NCBI GenBank assembly: GCA_963667785.2
Contig: CAXXMU010000002.1
Coordinates: 800,001 to 864,000 of the forward strand
Direction of reading: 5' to 3'
DNA: 64,000 nucleotides
DNA from: Alphaproteobacteria bacterium
GTDB taxonomy: Bacteria > Pseudomonadota > Alphaproteobacteria > UBA828
Part shown: positions 8,192-18,184 of the stretch, one piece after another
Layout: the number at the start of each line of letters is the position of its first letter
Numbering within the stretch: the first letter of the stretch is position 1
The notes under the pieces: model-generated
The model's input: only the letters and a program-made list of their open reading frames with translations
What the model was told of the DNA's origin: nothing
Databases searched by the model: none
Position numbers and translations under genes: made by a program

Positions 8192-9235
8192 GTGCTGCAA
8201 CTGGGCCTCGTGCTCGGCTATTCGGGCCGGGACTTCACCATCGACATCGACCTCGTCCGCGAGGCGGAATCGCTCGGCTACGAGTCGATCTGGACCTCCG
8301 AGGCCTACGGCTCGGACGCGGTGACTCCGGCTACCTGGATCCTCGCCCGGACCGAGCGGATGACGGTCGGCACCGCGCTCATGCAGATGCCGGCGCGCAC
8401 GCCGGCCTGCGCCGCCATGACCGCGATGACGCTCCAGGCGCTCTCGGGCGGCCGCTTCGTCCTCGGCATCGGGCCGTCGGGGCCGCAGGTGATCGAGGGC
8501 TGGCACGGGGTGGCCTACGGCAAGCCGCACGAGCGGCTGCGCGAGTACGTCTCGATCGTGCGCAGCATCGTCGCGCGCGAGGAGCCGGTGGTCCACGAGG
8601 GCATGCACTACTCGCTCCCCTATCGCGGCCCCGACGCGACCGGCCTCGGCAAGCCGCTGAAGAGCATCCTCCACGCGCGCCATCCGCTGCCGATCTACAC
8701 CGGCTCGGTCTCGCCTGCCGGGCTCAGGCTCGCCGGCGAGATCACCGACGGGCTGTTCCCGCTCTTCATGATGCCCGAGCGCGCGCACGTCTATCTCGAC
8801 CCGCTGACCGAAGGCTTCCGCCGCGGCGGCCACGGCGAGCGGCGCGAGGGCTTCGCCATCGCGCCCTTCGTCCAGACCAGGATCGACGAGGATCACGCGC
8901 GCGCCCTGGCCCCGGTCAAGCAGTCGCTCGCGCTCTATGTCGGCGGCATGGGCGCACGCGGGCGCAACTTCTACAACGACTACGCGCACCGGCTCGGATT
9001 CGGCGAGGCCGCCAAGCGCATCCAGGACCTCTTCCTTGCGGGCGACAAGCAGGGCGCGGCCGAGGCCGTGCCCGACGAGTTCGCCGACGGCATCGCCCTG
9101 GTCGGACCCAGGGCGCACATCAAGGAGCGACTCGCCGCGTGGAGGAAGGCGGCGGACGAGGGCGCGGTAACGGCGCTGCTGCTCGGCGGCGCGGGCCGCG
9201 ACGAGATCCGCTTCCTCGCCGAGGAGATGCTCTGA
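8192..9235 (+). CDS. Luciferase-like (LLM) oxidoreductase, F420-dependent-type subfamily
   Basis: SEAYGSDA, ARTPACAAMTAMTL, LGIGPSGPQVIEGWHG, YVGGMG. Confidence 0.85.
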   Translation: MLQLGLVLGYSGRDFTIDIDLVREAESLGYESIWTSEAYGSDAVTPATWILARTERMTVGTALMQMPARTPACAAMTAMTLQALSGGRFVLGIGPSGPQVIEGWHGVAYGKPHERLREYVSIVRSIVAREEPVVHEGMHYSLPYRGPDATGLGKPLKSILHARHPLPIYTGSVSPAGLRLAGEITDGLFPLFMMPERAHVYLDPLTEGFRRGGHGERREGFAIAPFVQTRIDEDHARALAPVKQSLALYVGGMGARGRNFYNDYAHRLGFGEAAKRIQDLFLAGDKQGAAEAVPDEFADGIALVGPRAHIKERLAAWRKAADEGAVTALLLGGAGRDEIRFLAEEML

Positions 9236-9267
9236 CCCGGAGCGGGGCTGAGCGGGAGCGGCAGGGC

Positions 9268-9930
9268 ATGAGGCGCTGGCTGCTCCTCCCGGCTCTCGCG
9301 CTCTGCGCCGCCTGGCTCGCCACCTGCGAGAGCGGGCCACCACCGTCTGATGCCGAGGGGCCGCGCACTCATCCCATCCGGGTCGCGAGCAACGGCTGGC
9401 ACACGGCGATTATCGTGCCCGCGCCCGCCCTCGCCGCGACGGGCCTGCTGCCCGAGGCGGCGGATTTTTCCGGCGCCGCCTATCTGGAGTTCGGCTGGGG
9501 CGACCGCGTCTACTACCCGGCGAAGGACAAGACCCTCGGCATGACCCTCGCCGCGGCGCTGACGCCGACGCCGGCAGTCATGCACATGGCCGGCCTCCGG
9601 GCAGCGCCCGAGGACGGCCGCGGGGGCCGCGAAGTCGTCACGCTCGCCCTGACCGAAGCGGGCTTCCGGCGCCTGGCCGAGGCGCTCGATGCGACCTTCG
9701 AGCGTCCTGCCGGGGCCGAGCGCGCCGCGCCCATCTCGCGCGGGCTATACCCCGGCAGCCGCTTCTACCACGCGCGCGGGACGTTTCACCTGCTCAACAC
9801 CTGCAACACGTGGACGGCGCGCATGCTGAGCACCGGCGGGGTGTCGGTCTCCCCGGCCGGCGTCGTCACCGCCGACGGGCTGATGTTCCGCCTGCGCGGT
9901 CTGTCGCGCCCCGCAACCGAGCCGGAGTGA
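9268..9930 (+). CDS. DUF2459-like exported/lipoprotein
   Basis: Tail of the 5503..9930 ORF; signal peptide with LATC; GWHTAI, EFGWGDRVYY, NTCNTWTA. Confidence 0.75.
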   Translation: MRRWLLLPALALCAAWLATCESGPPPSDAEGPRTHPIRVASNGWHTAIIVPAPALAATGLLPEAADFSGAAYLEFGWGDRVYYPAKDKTLGMTLAAALTPTPAVMHMAGLRAAPEDGRGGREVVTLALTEAGFRRLAEALDATFERPAGAERAAPISRGLYPGSRFYHARGTFHLLNTCNTWTARMLSTGGVSVSPAGVVTADGLMFRLRGLSRPATEPE

Positions 9931-10001
9931 ACGCCGATCGCGCCGGGAGTATATTGCCGCGCGCATAATCCCGCGGGCGGGCGCGACTTTACTGCCGCGC
10001 G

Positions 10002-10036
10002 CACGGCCCTGCGGGCGTGCGCGACGCAGGGCCGTG
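10002..10036. terminator. 12-bp perfect hairpin between convergent genes
   Basis: CACGGCCCTGCG-N11-CGCAGGGCCGTG; no clear U tract. Confidence 0.4.
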
Positions 10037-10056
10037 AACCTGTTGAGAAAAGCGGG

Positions 10057-10395
10057 CTACTCGCCGAGTGAGCTCAGCGCGCCTTCGCGGGTGTCGTGGA
10101 TCGGGATGATCTTGTCGAAGCCGCTGATCTCGAACACCTCCTTGACCGGACCGGAGAGCGAGCAGAGCGCGAACTTGGCGTCACGCTTCCACAGCGTCTT
10201 GGCGGTCATCAGCACGGCGCGGAGCCCCGCACTGCTGATGTACGAGAGATTCTCGAAGTCCATGATCACGGCGCTGTCGCCGTCTTCGATCTTGGTTCGG
10301 ACCGCTTCCTCGAAGTCGCGGGCATTGGTGCTGTCGATGCGTCCGTCTACCCGGGCGGTCAGGGCGCTCCCGTCGCGCTCGATCGTCAACTCCAT
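10057..10395 (-). CDS. STAS-domain anti-sigma factor antagonist (RsbV/SpoIIAA family)
   Basis: GRIDS, YISSAGLR (phospho-Ser motif), EVFEISGF; GGAGG SD. Confidence 0.9.
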   Translation of the reverse strand: MELTIERDGSALTARVDGRIDSTNARDFEEAVRTKIEDGDSAVIMDFENLSYISSAGLRAVLMTAKTLWKRDAKFALCSLSGPVKEVFEISGFDKIIPIHDTREGALSSLGE

Positions 10396-10521
10396 TGCCT
10401 CCGCCTCCCGTCACAGTGCCGCCGGGGATCATACAGCGTGTTCGGAGCTTGCCACACCCCAATTTGCGTGCAGATCAGATGGCGCGGGGGAGCAGCCCGG
10501 CGGCACCCCTCCCGGCCCGCG

Positions 10522-11949
10522 TCAATCGTCGGTCTCAGGCATCAGCACGAACTCGGGATACGACTCGATGCCGAGCTCCGCCGCATCCTGCCCGAGCTCC
10601 TCGTGAGCGGGCGGGATCCGCGCGCCCAGGAGCTTGTCGATGATGTACCAAGACAGGAACGACGTGCCGAAGACGAAAGCGCCGATGGCGAGAATGCCGA
10701 TGATCTGCACGACCGGGTCTCCGCCGGCGGCGATGCAGACCGCAAGCGTTCCCCAGACACCGGCGAAGAGGTGCGCCGGAACCGCGCCGACCACGTCGTC
10801 CACCTTGAGCATCTCGAGCAGTTTGACGCCGAGCACGACGATCGCGCCGCCGATCGCGCCGATGATAACGGCGAAGTAGTGATCGACGATGTCGGGGCCG
10901 GCGGTGATCGCCACCAGGCCGGCGATGGCGCCGTTCAGGCTGGTGACAAGATCGACGCGCCCCATGATCGGCCGCGACAGCGAGATCGCCGCCAGCACGC
11001 CGGCCGCCGCGGCGAGGTTGGTGTTGGCCAGGATGTTGCTCAGCGCCACGGCGTCGATGGCGCCGCTAAGCGCGAGCTGCGAGCCGCCGTTGAAGCCGAA
11101 CCAGCCGAGCCAGAGGATGAACACGCCGAGCGTCACCGCCGGCACGTTGGAGGGCGCCGTCGTCTTGACGCTGCCGTCTTCGCGGAACTTGCCCTTGCGC
11201 GCGCCGACGATCATGGCGCCGGCCAGCGCGGCCCAGCCGCCGGTCGAATGCACGATCGTGGAGCCGGCAAAGTCCTGGAAGCCCATCTGGGAGAGCCAGC
11301 CGCCGCCCCAGGTCCAGGAGCCGATCACCGGATAGATGAAGGCGGTCAGCAGCGCGATGAAGACGAAGAACGACCAGAGCTTCACCCGCTCGGCCAGCGT
11401 GCCCGAGACGATGGAGGCGGTGGTCGCGACGAACACCATCTGGAAGAACCAGTCGGACATGGTGGAGTAGCCGTTCTCCACCACCGCCTCGGTGACGGAC
11501 TCGTCGCCGCCAAGCAGGGCTATTTCGTCGCCTGTCGTCGAGTAGGGATGGGCGAAGGAACCGACCCAGCTCACCACGTCGACGTACATGAGATTGTAGC
11601 CGACCAGGTAGTAGGTGAGCCCGGCGATGGAATAGAGGCCGATGTTCTTGAGGCAGATGACCGATGCGTTCTTGGTTCGCACCGAGCCGGCCTCCAGCAT
11701 GGTGAAGCCGGCGCACATCCACATGACCAGCGCGCCCCAGACGAGGAACGAGAAGCTGTTGAGGATGAACTGCGTCTCCGCCGAGACCGCGGCATAGGCC
11801 TGCGGCACCACGAACACCAGCGACAGCGTGAGCACGACGACCAGGGCCGCGATGCGCCAGCCCGATCTGCCGGCGGAGCGGAAGAGCCCCAGCCCCAGAC
11901 GGGAGGAGGCAGACGACGTGGCATGCGTAACCCTGAATTCGTCCCGCAT
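10522..11949 (-). CDS. amtB: Ammonium transporter (Amt)
   Basis: GFTMLEAG, FFQMVF, QDFAGSTIVH, GWFGFNGGS, DDVVGAVPAH; start uncertain (11949 or 11973). Confidence 0.9.
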   Translation of the reverse strand: MRDEFRVTHATSSASSRLGLGLFRSAGRSGWRIAALVVVLTLSLVFVVPQAYAAVSAETQFILNSFSFLVWGALVMWMCAGFTMLEAGSVRTKNASVICLKNIGLYSIAGLTYYLVGYNLMYVDVVSWVGSFAHPYSTTGDEIALLGGDESVTEAVVENGYSTMSDWFFQMVFVATTASIVSGTLAERVKLWSFFVFIALLTAFIYPVIGSWTWGGGWLSQMGFQDFAGSTIVHSTGGWAALAGAMIVGARKGKFREDGSVKTTAPSNVPAVTLGVFILWLGWFGFNGGSQLALSGAIDAVALSNILANTNLAAAAGVLAAISLSRPIMGRVDLVTSLNGAIAGLVAITAGPDIVDHYFAVIIGAIGGAIVVLGVKLLEMLKVDDVVGAVPAHLFAGVWGTLAVCIAAGGDPVVQIIGILAIGAFVFGTSFLSWYIIDKLLGARIPPAHEELGQDAAELGIESYPEFVLMPETDD

Positions 11950-12097
11950 AGTCGACTCCCGGTCAGCGTTCACGGCTTCGTGAAAGATGCCCTATATGCA
12001 GAAGTACTGTCAATTGTGAGCACTTCCAAAAAATCCTTATCTGGCATGGCGATAGCATCAATTTCGCATATTGCGGCAGGCGCACGGGGACGCAAAC

Positions 12098-13558
12098 CTA
12101 TCCAGCTAGGCTGCGGAGAACGCCGGGCAGCATTTCGGCAAGATCTTCGGCGATCAGGCCGGGGCCGAAGGCGGCCGCGGAGGCGCCGTGCAGCCAGACC
12201 CCTGCGGCAGCCGCCTCGAAGGCCGGCATTCCCTGCGCCAGCAGGCCGAGAATGACGCCCGCCAGGACATCGCCCGCGCCCGCCGTCGCCAGCGTGGGCG
12301 GCGCGTTGGCGTTGATCGCTGCGCGGCCGTCGGGTGCGGCGATCACGCTGTCGGCGCCCTTGAGCACCACCACCGCGCCGCATTCCGCCGCCGCCGCGCG
12401 GGCGCGGGAGAGCTTGTCGCCTTCGTGGCGGAAGAGGCGCCCGTACTCCCCCTCGTGCGGGGTCAGCACGGCGTCGGGCCCGAGCGCGGCGAACAGCGCC
12501 CCCGGCTCGCTCTGGAACGCGGTGAGCGCGTCGGCATCGAGCACGCAGCGCTTGCCGGCGCCGAGCGCGGCCAGCGCCTGCCCGCGGGTTGCCGGGCCCG
12601 TGCCGCAGCCGGGCCCGATGAGCAGCGCGTTGCGCCGCTCGTCGGCGAGCGCGACGCCGAGCTCGGCCGTGGACGCCACCATCACGGCGGTGAGCTGGGC
12701 CGCATAGAGGTGAACGGCAGCCTCGGGCGCATGCACGGTGACCAGCCCGGCGCCGACCCTGAGCGCCGCGCGCGCCGCAAGGCGCGCCGCGCCGGAGTGC
12801 GCCCCGTCGCCGCCCACCACCAGCGCATGGCCGCGGCTGTATTTGTGATCGGCGAGCGCCGGCCGGGGCATTGCCGCCCGCCAGCGCGCCGGCGCGTTCT
12901 CGTGCACCCGGAGGTCCAGCCCGTCGATCACCGCAGGGGGAATGCCGATGTCGGCGACCTCCACCTCGCCGGCGCACGCGCGCCCCGGCAGCAGCAGGTG
13001 GCCGTACTTGCGCCGGCCGAAGGTCACGGTCAGCGTCGCCCGGAAGGCGCCGCCGAGCGCCTGGCCGGTGTCGCCGTGAATGCCGCTCGGCACGTCGACC
13101 GAGACGCAGGCGAGGCCCCGGGCGCCGCTCGCCTCGGCCAGCGCCAGCGCGTGGCCTTCGAGCGGCCGGGCGAGGCCTGCGCCGAAGAGCGCATCGACCA
13201 CCAGCGGCCCGTCGTCGAGGAGCGCCGGCGCCAACGGCTCGACCGGATGCTCCCAGTGCGCCGCCATCGCCGCGGCATCGCCCTTCAGGCGCTCGCGGCT
13301 GCCGAGAAGCCCGAGGCGCACCGGCCAGCCGGCATCGGACAGCAACCGGGCCGCGACGAAGCCGTCGCCGCCGTTGTTGCCGGGGCCGCAGAGCACCGAC
13401 ACCGGCCTCCGCCCCCAGCGCCGGATCACGGCTTGCGCCACCGCGCGGCCGGCGTTCTCCATCAGCGTCAGCCCCGGCGTGCCCGCGCGGGCCGCCGCCG
13501 CATCGGCCGCGTACATCTCGGCGACGGAGAAAAGGGCGAGAGCGCCGGCGTCGCTCAT
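12098..13558 (-). CDS. nnr: Bifunctional NAD(P)H-hydrate epimerase/dehydratase
   Basis: LMENAG, CGPGNNGGDG, DALFGAG, LTPHEGE, ATAGAGDVLAG. Confidence 0.93.
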   Translation of the reverse strand: MSDAGALALFSVAEMYAADAAAARAGTPGLTLMENAGRAVAQAVIRRWGRRPVSVLCGPGNNGGDGFVAARLLSDAGWPVRLGLLGSRERLKGDAAAMAAHWEHPVEPLAPALLDDGPLVVDALFGAGLARPLEGHALALAEASGARGLACVSVDVPSGIHGDTGQALGGAFRATLTVTFGRRKYGHLLLPGRACAGEVEVADIGIPPAVIDGLDLRVHENAPARWRAAMPRPALADHKYSRGHALVVGGDGAHSGAARLAARAALRVGAGLVTVHAPEAAVHLYAAQLTAVMVASTAELGVALADERRNALLIGPGCGTGPATRGQALAALGAGKRCVLDADALTAFQSEPGALFAALGPDAVLTPHEGEYGRLFRHEGDKLSRARAAAAECGAVVVLKGADSVIAAPDGRAAINANAPPTLATAGAGDVLAGVILGLLAQGMPAFEAAAAGVWLHGASAAAFGPGLIAEDLAEMLPGVLRSLAG

Positions 13559-14256
13559 CCGGGCGCGGTATGGAAGAGATCGACCCGCATCGGTTGCACG
13601 AAGGCATAGTCGCCCGCCTCCGTGCAGCCGGCCTCGAAGAGCCGCTTCACGGTCTCGCTCCGCACGGCGTCGGCGCCGTAGCTGTTGTAGCTGAGGCCGG
13701 AGAAGAGCGTGACGAACTCGTCGTGGCTCGCGAAGCGCCGCTCGATCTCGTAGTGCACCTCCCGCGCGACGGCAAAGAGCGGGGCCGTGTCCACGAGCGC
13801 CTCGCGGGCCTGGCGGCGGACCTCGGTCTCGTCGTGGAAGGGCTTCATGACCGCCGAGAACGCCCCTTCCATCACCGGCTCCAGCACGTAGACGAAGCCG
13901 CCGGGCCGGAGCACCCGCCGCGCCTCGGCCAGCGCCGGCCGCATGGCGGCCTCCGGGACATGGTGGAGGGAGCGGCCGAAGATCACCCCGTCCACGCCGC
14001 CGTCGTCGGCCGGGAGCGATTCCGCCCGCCCCTCGGCCAGGGTCACGCCGTCTGCCTCGGGCGCCTCCCGGTTGCGCGCGGCCTGGACCGGGTTGGGCTC
14101 GACCCCGAGCACGGTGGCGCCGCGCGCGGCGAGCTCACGGGCAAGGGCGCCTGCGCCGCAGCCGACGTCGATCAGCGACAGCTCGCGCACCTCCACGAGC
14201 CGGCTCAGCACCGCGAGATCGGTGCTGCGCCCCCAGTGTTCGACGTCTCCCGGCAC
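13555..14256 (-). CDS. Class I SAM-dependent methyltransferase
   Basis: IDVGCGAG, SLHHVP, RVLRPGG. Confidence 0.85.
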   Translation of the reverse strand: MPGDVEHWGRSTDLAVLSRLVEVRELSLIDVGCGAGALARELAARGATVLGVEPNPVQAARNREAPEADGVTLAEGRAESLPADDGGVDGVIFGRSLHHVPEAAMRPALAEARRVLRPGGFVYVLEPVMEGAFSAVMKPFHDETEVRRQAREALVDTAPLFAVAREVHYEIERRFASHDEFVTLFSGLSYNSYGADAVRSETVKRLFEAGCTEAGDYAFVQPMRVDLFHTAPG

Positions 14257-14350
14257 GAGATTGAGAATAGCCTCCGCCCCAAGTTCACGCTAGGCGAACG
14301 GGCGCGCCCGTTCGATGATAAGCGCCGCCTATTCCGGCCGGAGATGCCGC

Positions 14351-15871
14351 ATGGTTGCCCATATCGAGACCGTCGCCTTCCAGGGAATCGAGGCGCTGCC
14401 GGTCGACGTACAGGTGCATATCGGCGCCGGCCTGCCCGCGTTCACCGTGGTCGGCCTGCCGGACAAGGCGGTGGCCGAGAGCCGGGAGCGGGTGCGTGGC
14501 GCGCTCTCGGGCCTGGGCCTGGCGCTACCGGCGAAGCGGATCACCGTCAATCTAGCGCCGGCGGACATGCAGAAGGAAGGCAGCCACTTCGACCTGCCGA
14601 TCGCGCTCGGGCTCCTGGTGGCGATGGAGGTGCTGACGGCGGACGATGTCGCCACCTACGTGGCGCTCGGCGAGCTCGGGCTGGACGGCGCTCTCAATCC
14701 CGTGGCCGGCGTACTGCCGGCGGCGATCGGCGCCAACGCGCGCGAGTACGGCCTGATCTGCCCGGCGGCCAACGGCGCGGAGGCTGCGTGGGCCGGCGGC
14801 GGCGAGGTCGTGGCGCCGACCGACCTGCTGGCGCTCATCAACCACTTCAAGGGAACGCAGCTCCTGGCGCTGCCGACGCCGGCGACGCACGCGCAGCAGC
14901 CGCGCTACCCGGACCTGCGCGACATCAAGGGGCAGGAGACGGTCAAGCGCGCCCTCGAGGTGGCCGCCGCCGGCGCCCACAACCTGCTGATGATCGGCCC
15001 ACCCGGAACCGGCAAGTCGATGCTGGCCTCGCGTCTGCCCGGCATCCTGCCACCGCTGGCGCCGGAGGAGGCGCTGGATGTCAGCATGATCGCCTCGGTC
15101 GCCGGCCTCCTCGACGGCAGCGGGCTGACCCGCAGCCGGCCGTTCCGTGACCCACACCATTCGGCCTCGATGGCGGCGATGGTGGGCGGCGGCGTTCGCG
15201 CCCGGCCCGGCGAGGTCTCGCTCGCGCATCTCGGCGTGCTGTTCCTGGACGAGCTGCCGGAGTTCCCCCGCCCGGTGCTCGACGCGCTGCGCCAGCCGAT
15301 CGAGAGCGGTGCGGTGGCGGTCGCGCGCGCCAACGCCCATGTGCGCTATCCCGCGCGCTTCCAGCTCGTCGCCGCCATGAACCCCTGCCGCTGTGGCTAC
15401 CTGTCGGATCCCGCGCGGGCCTGCTCGCGCGCCCCCAATTGCGCACGCGACTATCAGGTGCGCATCTCGGGTCCGCTCTACGACCGGATCGATCTCCACG
15501 TCGAGGTGCCGGAGCTCTCCGCCGCCGACCTCGCCCTGCCGCCGCCCGCCGAGGGCTCGGCCGAGGTCGCCGGGCGGGTCGCGGCTGCCCGCACGCTGCA
15601 GCGGGCCCGCTTCGAGGCGCTCGGCGCGGCGCCCGGAATGCGCACCAACGCCGAGGCCGAAGGCGAGACGCTCGACCTCATCGCGACGCCCGACGAGGAC
15701 GGGCGCGCCCTGCTGACGGAGGCGACGGACCGGCTCAGGCTGTCCGCCCGCGGCCATCACCGCGTGCTCCGAGTGGCGCGCACGATCGCGGATCTGGCCG
15801 GCGCCGAGACCGTGGCGCGCCGGCATATCGCGGAGGCCCTCTCCTACCGCCGCATCGGCCCCTACGGTTAG
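14351..15871 (+). CDS. comM: YifB/ComM Mg-chelatase-like AAA+ ATPase
   Basis: VGLPDKAVAESRERV, GPPGTGKS, FLDELPEF, AMNPCRCG. Confidence 0.92.
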   Translation: MVAHIETVAFQGIEALPVDVQVHIGAGLPAFTVVGLPDKAVAESRERVRGALSGLGLALPAKRITVNLAPADMQKEGSHFDLPIALGLLVAMEVLTADDVATYVALGELGLDGALNPVAGVLPAAIGANAREYGLICPAANGAEAAWAGGGEVVAPTDLLALINHFKGTQLLALPTPATHAQQPRYPDLRDIKGQETVKRALEVAAAGAHNLLMIGPPGTGKSMLASRLPGILPPLAPEEALDVSMIASVAGLLDGSGLTRSRPFRDPHHSASMAAMVGGGVRARPGEVSLAHLGVLFLDELPEFPRPVLDALRQPIESGAVAVARANAHVRYPARFQLVAAMNPCRCGYLSDPARACSRAPNCARDYQVRISGPLYDRIDLHVEVPELSAADLALPPPAEGSAEVAGRVAAARTLQRARFEALGAAPGMRTNAEAEGETLDLIATPDEDGRALLTEATDRLRLSARGHHRVLRVARTIADLAGAETVARRHIAEALSYRRIGPYG

Positions 15872-15906
15872 GCCCGGCGACGCCAGGGCGCCGCTCGGCG
15901 TCTCTC

Positions 15907-16269
15907 TCAGCTCTCGGGGATCATGCGCCCCAGGCGGCGGCCGCCACAGATGTGGACGTGGAAGTGGGGCACCTCCTGGCCGCCGTGGGCGCCGGTGTTG
16001 GCGATGGTGCGGAAGCCCGGCCCGTCCAGCCCGAGCGAACGGGCGATCTCGCCCACCGTCTTGAAGAAGCGCCCCACCTCGTCGGCCGACGCGTTCTGCG
16101 TGAAGTCGTCGAGCGAGACGTAGGCGCCCTTGGGGATCACCAGGACGTGCACCGGTGCCTGCGGCGCGATGTCGCGGAAGGCGAGGACGGCGTCGTCCTC
16201 GTAGACGGTGTCGTTGGGGATATCGCCGCGCAGGATCTTCGCGAATATGTTGTTCTCGTCGTAGCTCAT
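15907..16269 (-). CDS. hinT: Histidine triad nucleotide-binding protein
   Basis: [18 protein letters not shown]. Confidence 0.92.
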   Translation of the reverse strand: MSYDENNIFAKILRGDIPNDTVYEDDAVLAFRDIAPQAPVHVLVIPKGAYVSLDDFTQNASADEVGRFFKTVGEIARSLGLDGPGFRTIANTGAHGGQEVPHFHVHICGGRRLGRMIPES

Positions 16270-16613
16270 CGCCCACCCCCGGCCGTGCGCTTGGTCTTCT
16301 CGCGCGCAAGCCCGGAAGTCCCGCGCCGCTTCGACAGCTCATCGAACACCTCGGCCGGCGCGACGCCTGCCGCCGACCAGAGAACCAGAAGGTGAAACAG
16401 CAAGTCGGCGCTCTCGGAGACGATACCCTTCCTGTCGTCAAGCGCACCGGCGAGCGCCACCTCGACGCCCTCCTCGCCCACCTTCTTCGCGACGTGCTCG
16501 CGGCCGCGCGAGACGGTACGCGCGACGTAGGAGGTCTCCGGGTCGCCGCCCTTGCGCTGCTCGATGACGTCGAACAGCTCCTCGATCACGCGGCCGTCCC
16601 GCGCCTTGGCCAT
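16266..16613 (-). CDS. hisE: Phosphoribosyl-ATP pyrophosphatase
   Basis: [18 protein letters not shown]. Confidence 0.95.
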   Translation of the reverse strand: MAKARDGRVIEELFDVIEQRKGGDPETSYVARTVSRGREHVAKKVGEEGVEVALAGALDDRKGIVSESADLLFHLLVLWSAAGVAPAEVFDELSKRRGTSGLAREKTKRTAGGGR

Positions 16614-16681
16614 CGTCCTGCCCCGTTCAACTCAGCGGGTCTGGGTATCAGATTTCGCGCGCCCCGTCATGGTCGCGCCCG

Positions 16682-17440
16682 CTACGGTCGGACCTGGATG
16701 CCGGCGGCGGCCATGTGCGCCTTGGCCTCGCCGATGGAATGGGTGCCGAAGTGGAAGATCGAGGCGGCCAGCACCGCGGTCGCGCCGCCCTCGCGGATGC
16801 CCTCAACCAGATGGTCGAGCGTGCCGACGCCCCCCGACGCGATGACCGGCACCCGGACCGCATCTGCGACGGCACGGGTCAGTTCCAGGTCGAAGCCGGC
16901 GCGGGTGCCGTCACGGTCCATCGAGGTCAGCAGGATTTCGCCTGCGCCTGCCGCCGCCATGCGCCTCGCCCAGTGGATGGCGTCGATCCCCGTCGGCGTG
17001 CGGCCACCGTGGGTGAAGATCTCGAAGCCGCCACCCACGACCCGCTTGGCGTCGATGGCGACGACGATGCACTGGGTGCCGAACTTCTCCGCCGCCTCGG
17101 CGACGAAGGCGGGGTTGGCGACCGCCGCCGTGTTGATCGAGACCTTGTCGGCGCCCGCGAGGAGAAGCGCCCGGACATCCTCGATGGCGCGCACACCGCC
17201 GCCCACCGTGAGCGGCATGAAGCAGGCCTCGGCGGTGCCGGCGACCACGTCGTAGATGGTGTCGCGCCCCTCGTGGGAGGCGGTGATGTCGAGGAAACAG
17301 AGCTCGTCCGCCCCTTGCGCATCGTAGACGCGGGCCTGCTCCACCGGGTCTCCGGCATCCACCAGATCGACGAAGCGCACGCCCTTCACCACCCGCCCGG
17401 CGTGGACGTCGAGGCACGGGATGACGCGCATCTTCAGCAC
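16682..17440 (-). CDS. hisF: Imidazole glycerol phosphate synthase cyclase subunit
   Basis: [26 protein letters not shown]. Confidence 0.97.
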   Translation of the reverse strand: MLKMRVIPCLDVHAGRVVKGVRFVDLVDAGDPVEQARVYDAQGADELCFLDITASHEGRDTIYDVVAGTAEACFMPLTVGGGVRAIEDVRALLLAGADKVSINTAAVANPAFVAEAAEKFGTQCIVVAIDAKRVVGGGFEIFTHGGRTPTGIDAIHWARRMAAAGAGEILLTSMDRDGTRAGFDLELTRAVADAVRVPVIASGGVGTLDHLVEGIREGGATAVLAASIFHFGTHSIGEAKAHMAAAGIQVRP

Positions 17441-17458
17441 GGGACGGGTCCGGGGCGA

Positions 17459-18184
17459 TCAGGCGGCGAGCTGCGCGAGCGCGAGCGCCGGGTCGATGCG
17501 CCCGTCATAGAGCGCGCGGCCGCAGATCACGCCGCAGACGCCGTCCGCCTCGTGCGCCTTGAGCCGGTCAAGATCGTCATGGGAGGCGACGCCGCCGGAC
17601 GCTATGACCGGCGTGACGAGCGCGTGCGCCAGTGCCCCGGTCGCCTCGGCATTGACGCCCTCCAGCGCGCCGTCGCGGGCGATGTCGGTGTGGATGATCG
17701 CGGCGGCGCCGGCATCCTCGAAACGGCGTGCCAGCGCCAGTGCATCCATGTCGACCGATTCCGCCCAGCCCTCGACCGCCACGCGGCCGTCGCGGGCGTC
17801 GATGCCGACCGCCACCCGGCCGGGGAAGGCGCGGCACGCGGCGCGCACGAGCGCAGGCTCGCGCACCGCCACGGTGCCGAGGATCACACGCTGCACGCCC
17901 TTGGCGAGCCACGCCTCGATGGTGGCCATGGCGCGGATGCCGCCGCCGAGCTGGACCGGGATGTCGACCGCCTCGAGGATCGCATCGACCGCATCGGCGT
18001 TGATCGCCTTGCCGGCGAAGGCGCCGTCGAGATCGACCACGTGGAGCCAGGTGAAGCCCGCGGCGGCGAAGGCGCGTGCCTGCGCCGGCGGATCGTCGGA
18101 GAAGACCGTCGCGCGCGCCATGTCGCCCTGCACGAGGCGCACGCAGGCGCCGCCCTTGAGGTCGATGGCGGGGAACAGGATCAT
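17459..18184 (-). CDS. hisA: ProFAR isomerase
   Basis: [26 protein letters not shown]. Confidence 0.97.
   Translation of the reverse strand: MILFPAIDLKGGACVRLVQGDMARATVFSDDPPAQARAFAAAGFTWLHVVDLDGAFAGKAINADAVDAILEAVDIPVQLGGGIRAMATIEAWLAKGVQRVILGTVAVREPALVRAACRAFPGRVAVGIDARDGRVAVEGWAESVDMDALALARRFEDAGAAAIIHTDIARDGALEGVNAEATGALAHALVTPVIASGGVASHDDLDRLKAHEADGVCGVICGRALYDGRIDPALALAQLAA

Noticed and set aside
5503-9930. Very long alternative ORFs (e.g. 1475 aa at 5503-9930, 1129 aa at 49254-52643, 805 aa at 38238-40655)
   Set aside because: Antisense or off-frame shadows of real high-GC genes; Arg/Ala/Gly/Pro-rich with no motifs, except where their tails coincide with genuine genes.
12012-12057. 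lacO-like half-site AATTGTGAGC and sigma54-like TGGCAT-N5-TAGCA upstream of amtB
   Set aside because: Only a half operator, and the sigma54-like motif points away from amtB into the 3' end of nnr; no convincing NtrC sites seen.
14284-14314. LexA/SOS box upstream of comM
   Set aside because: GTTC/GAAC half-sites are not in the GTTC-N7-GTTC direct-repeat spacing.
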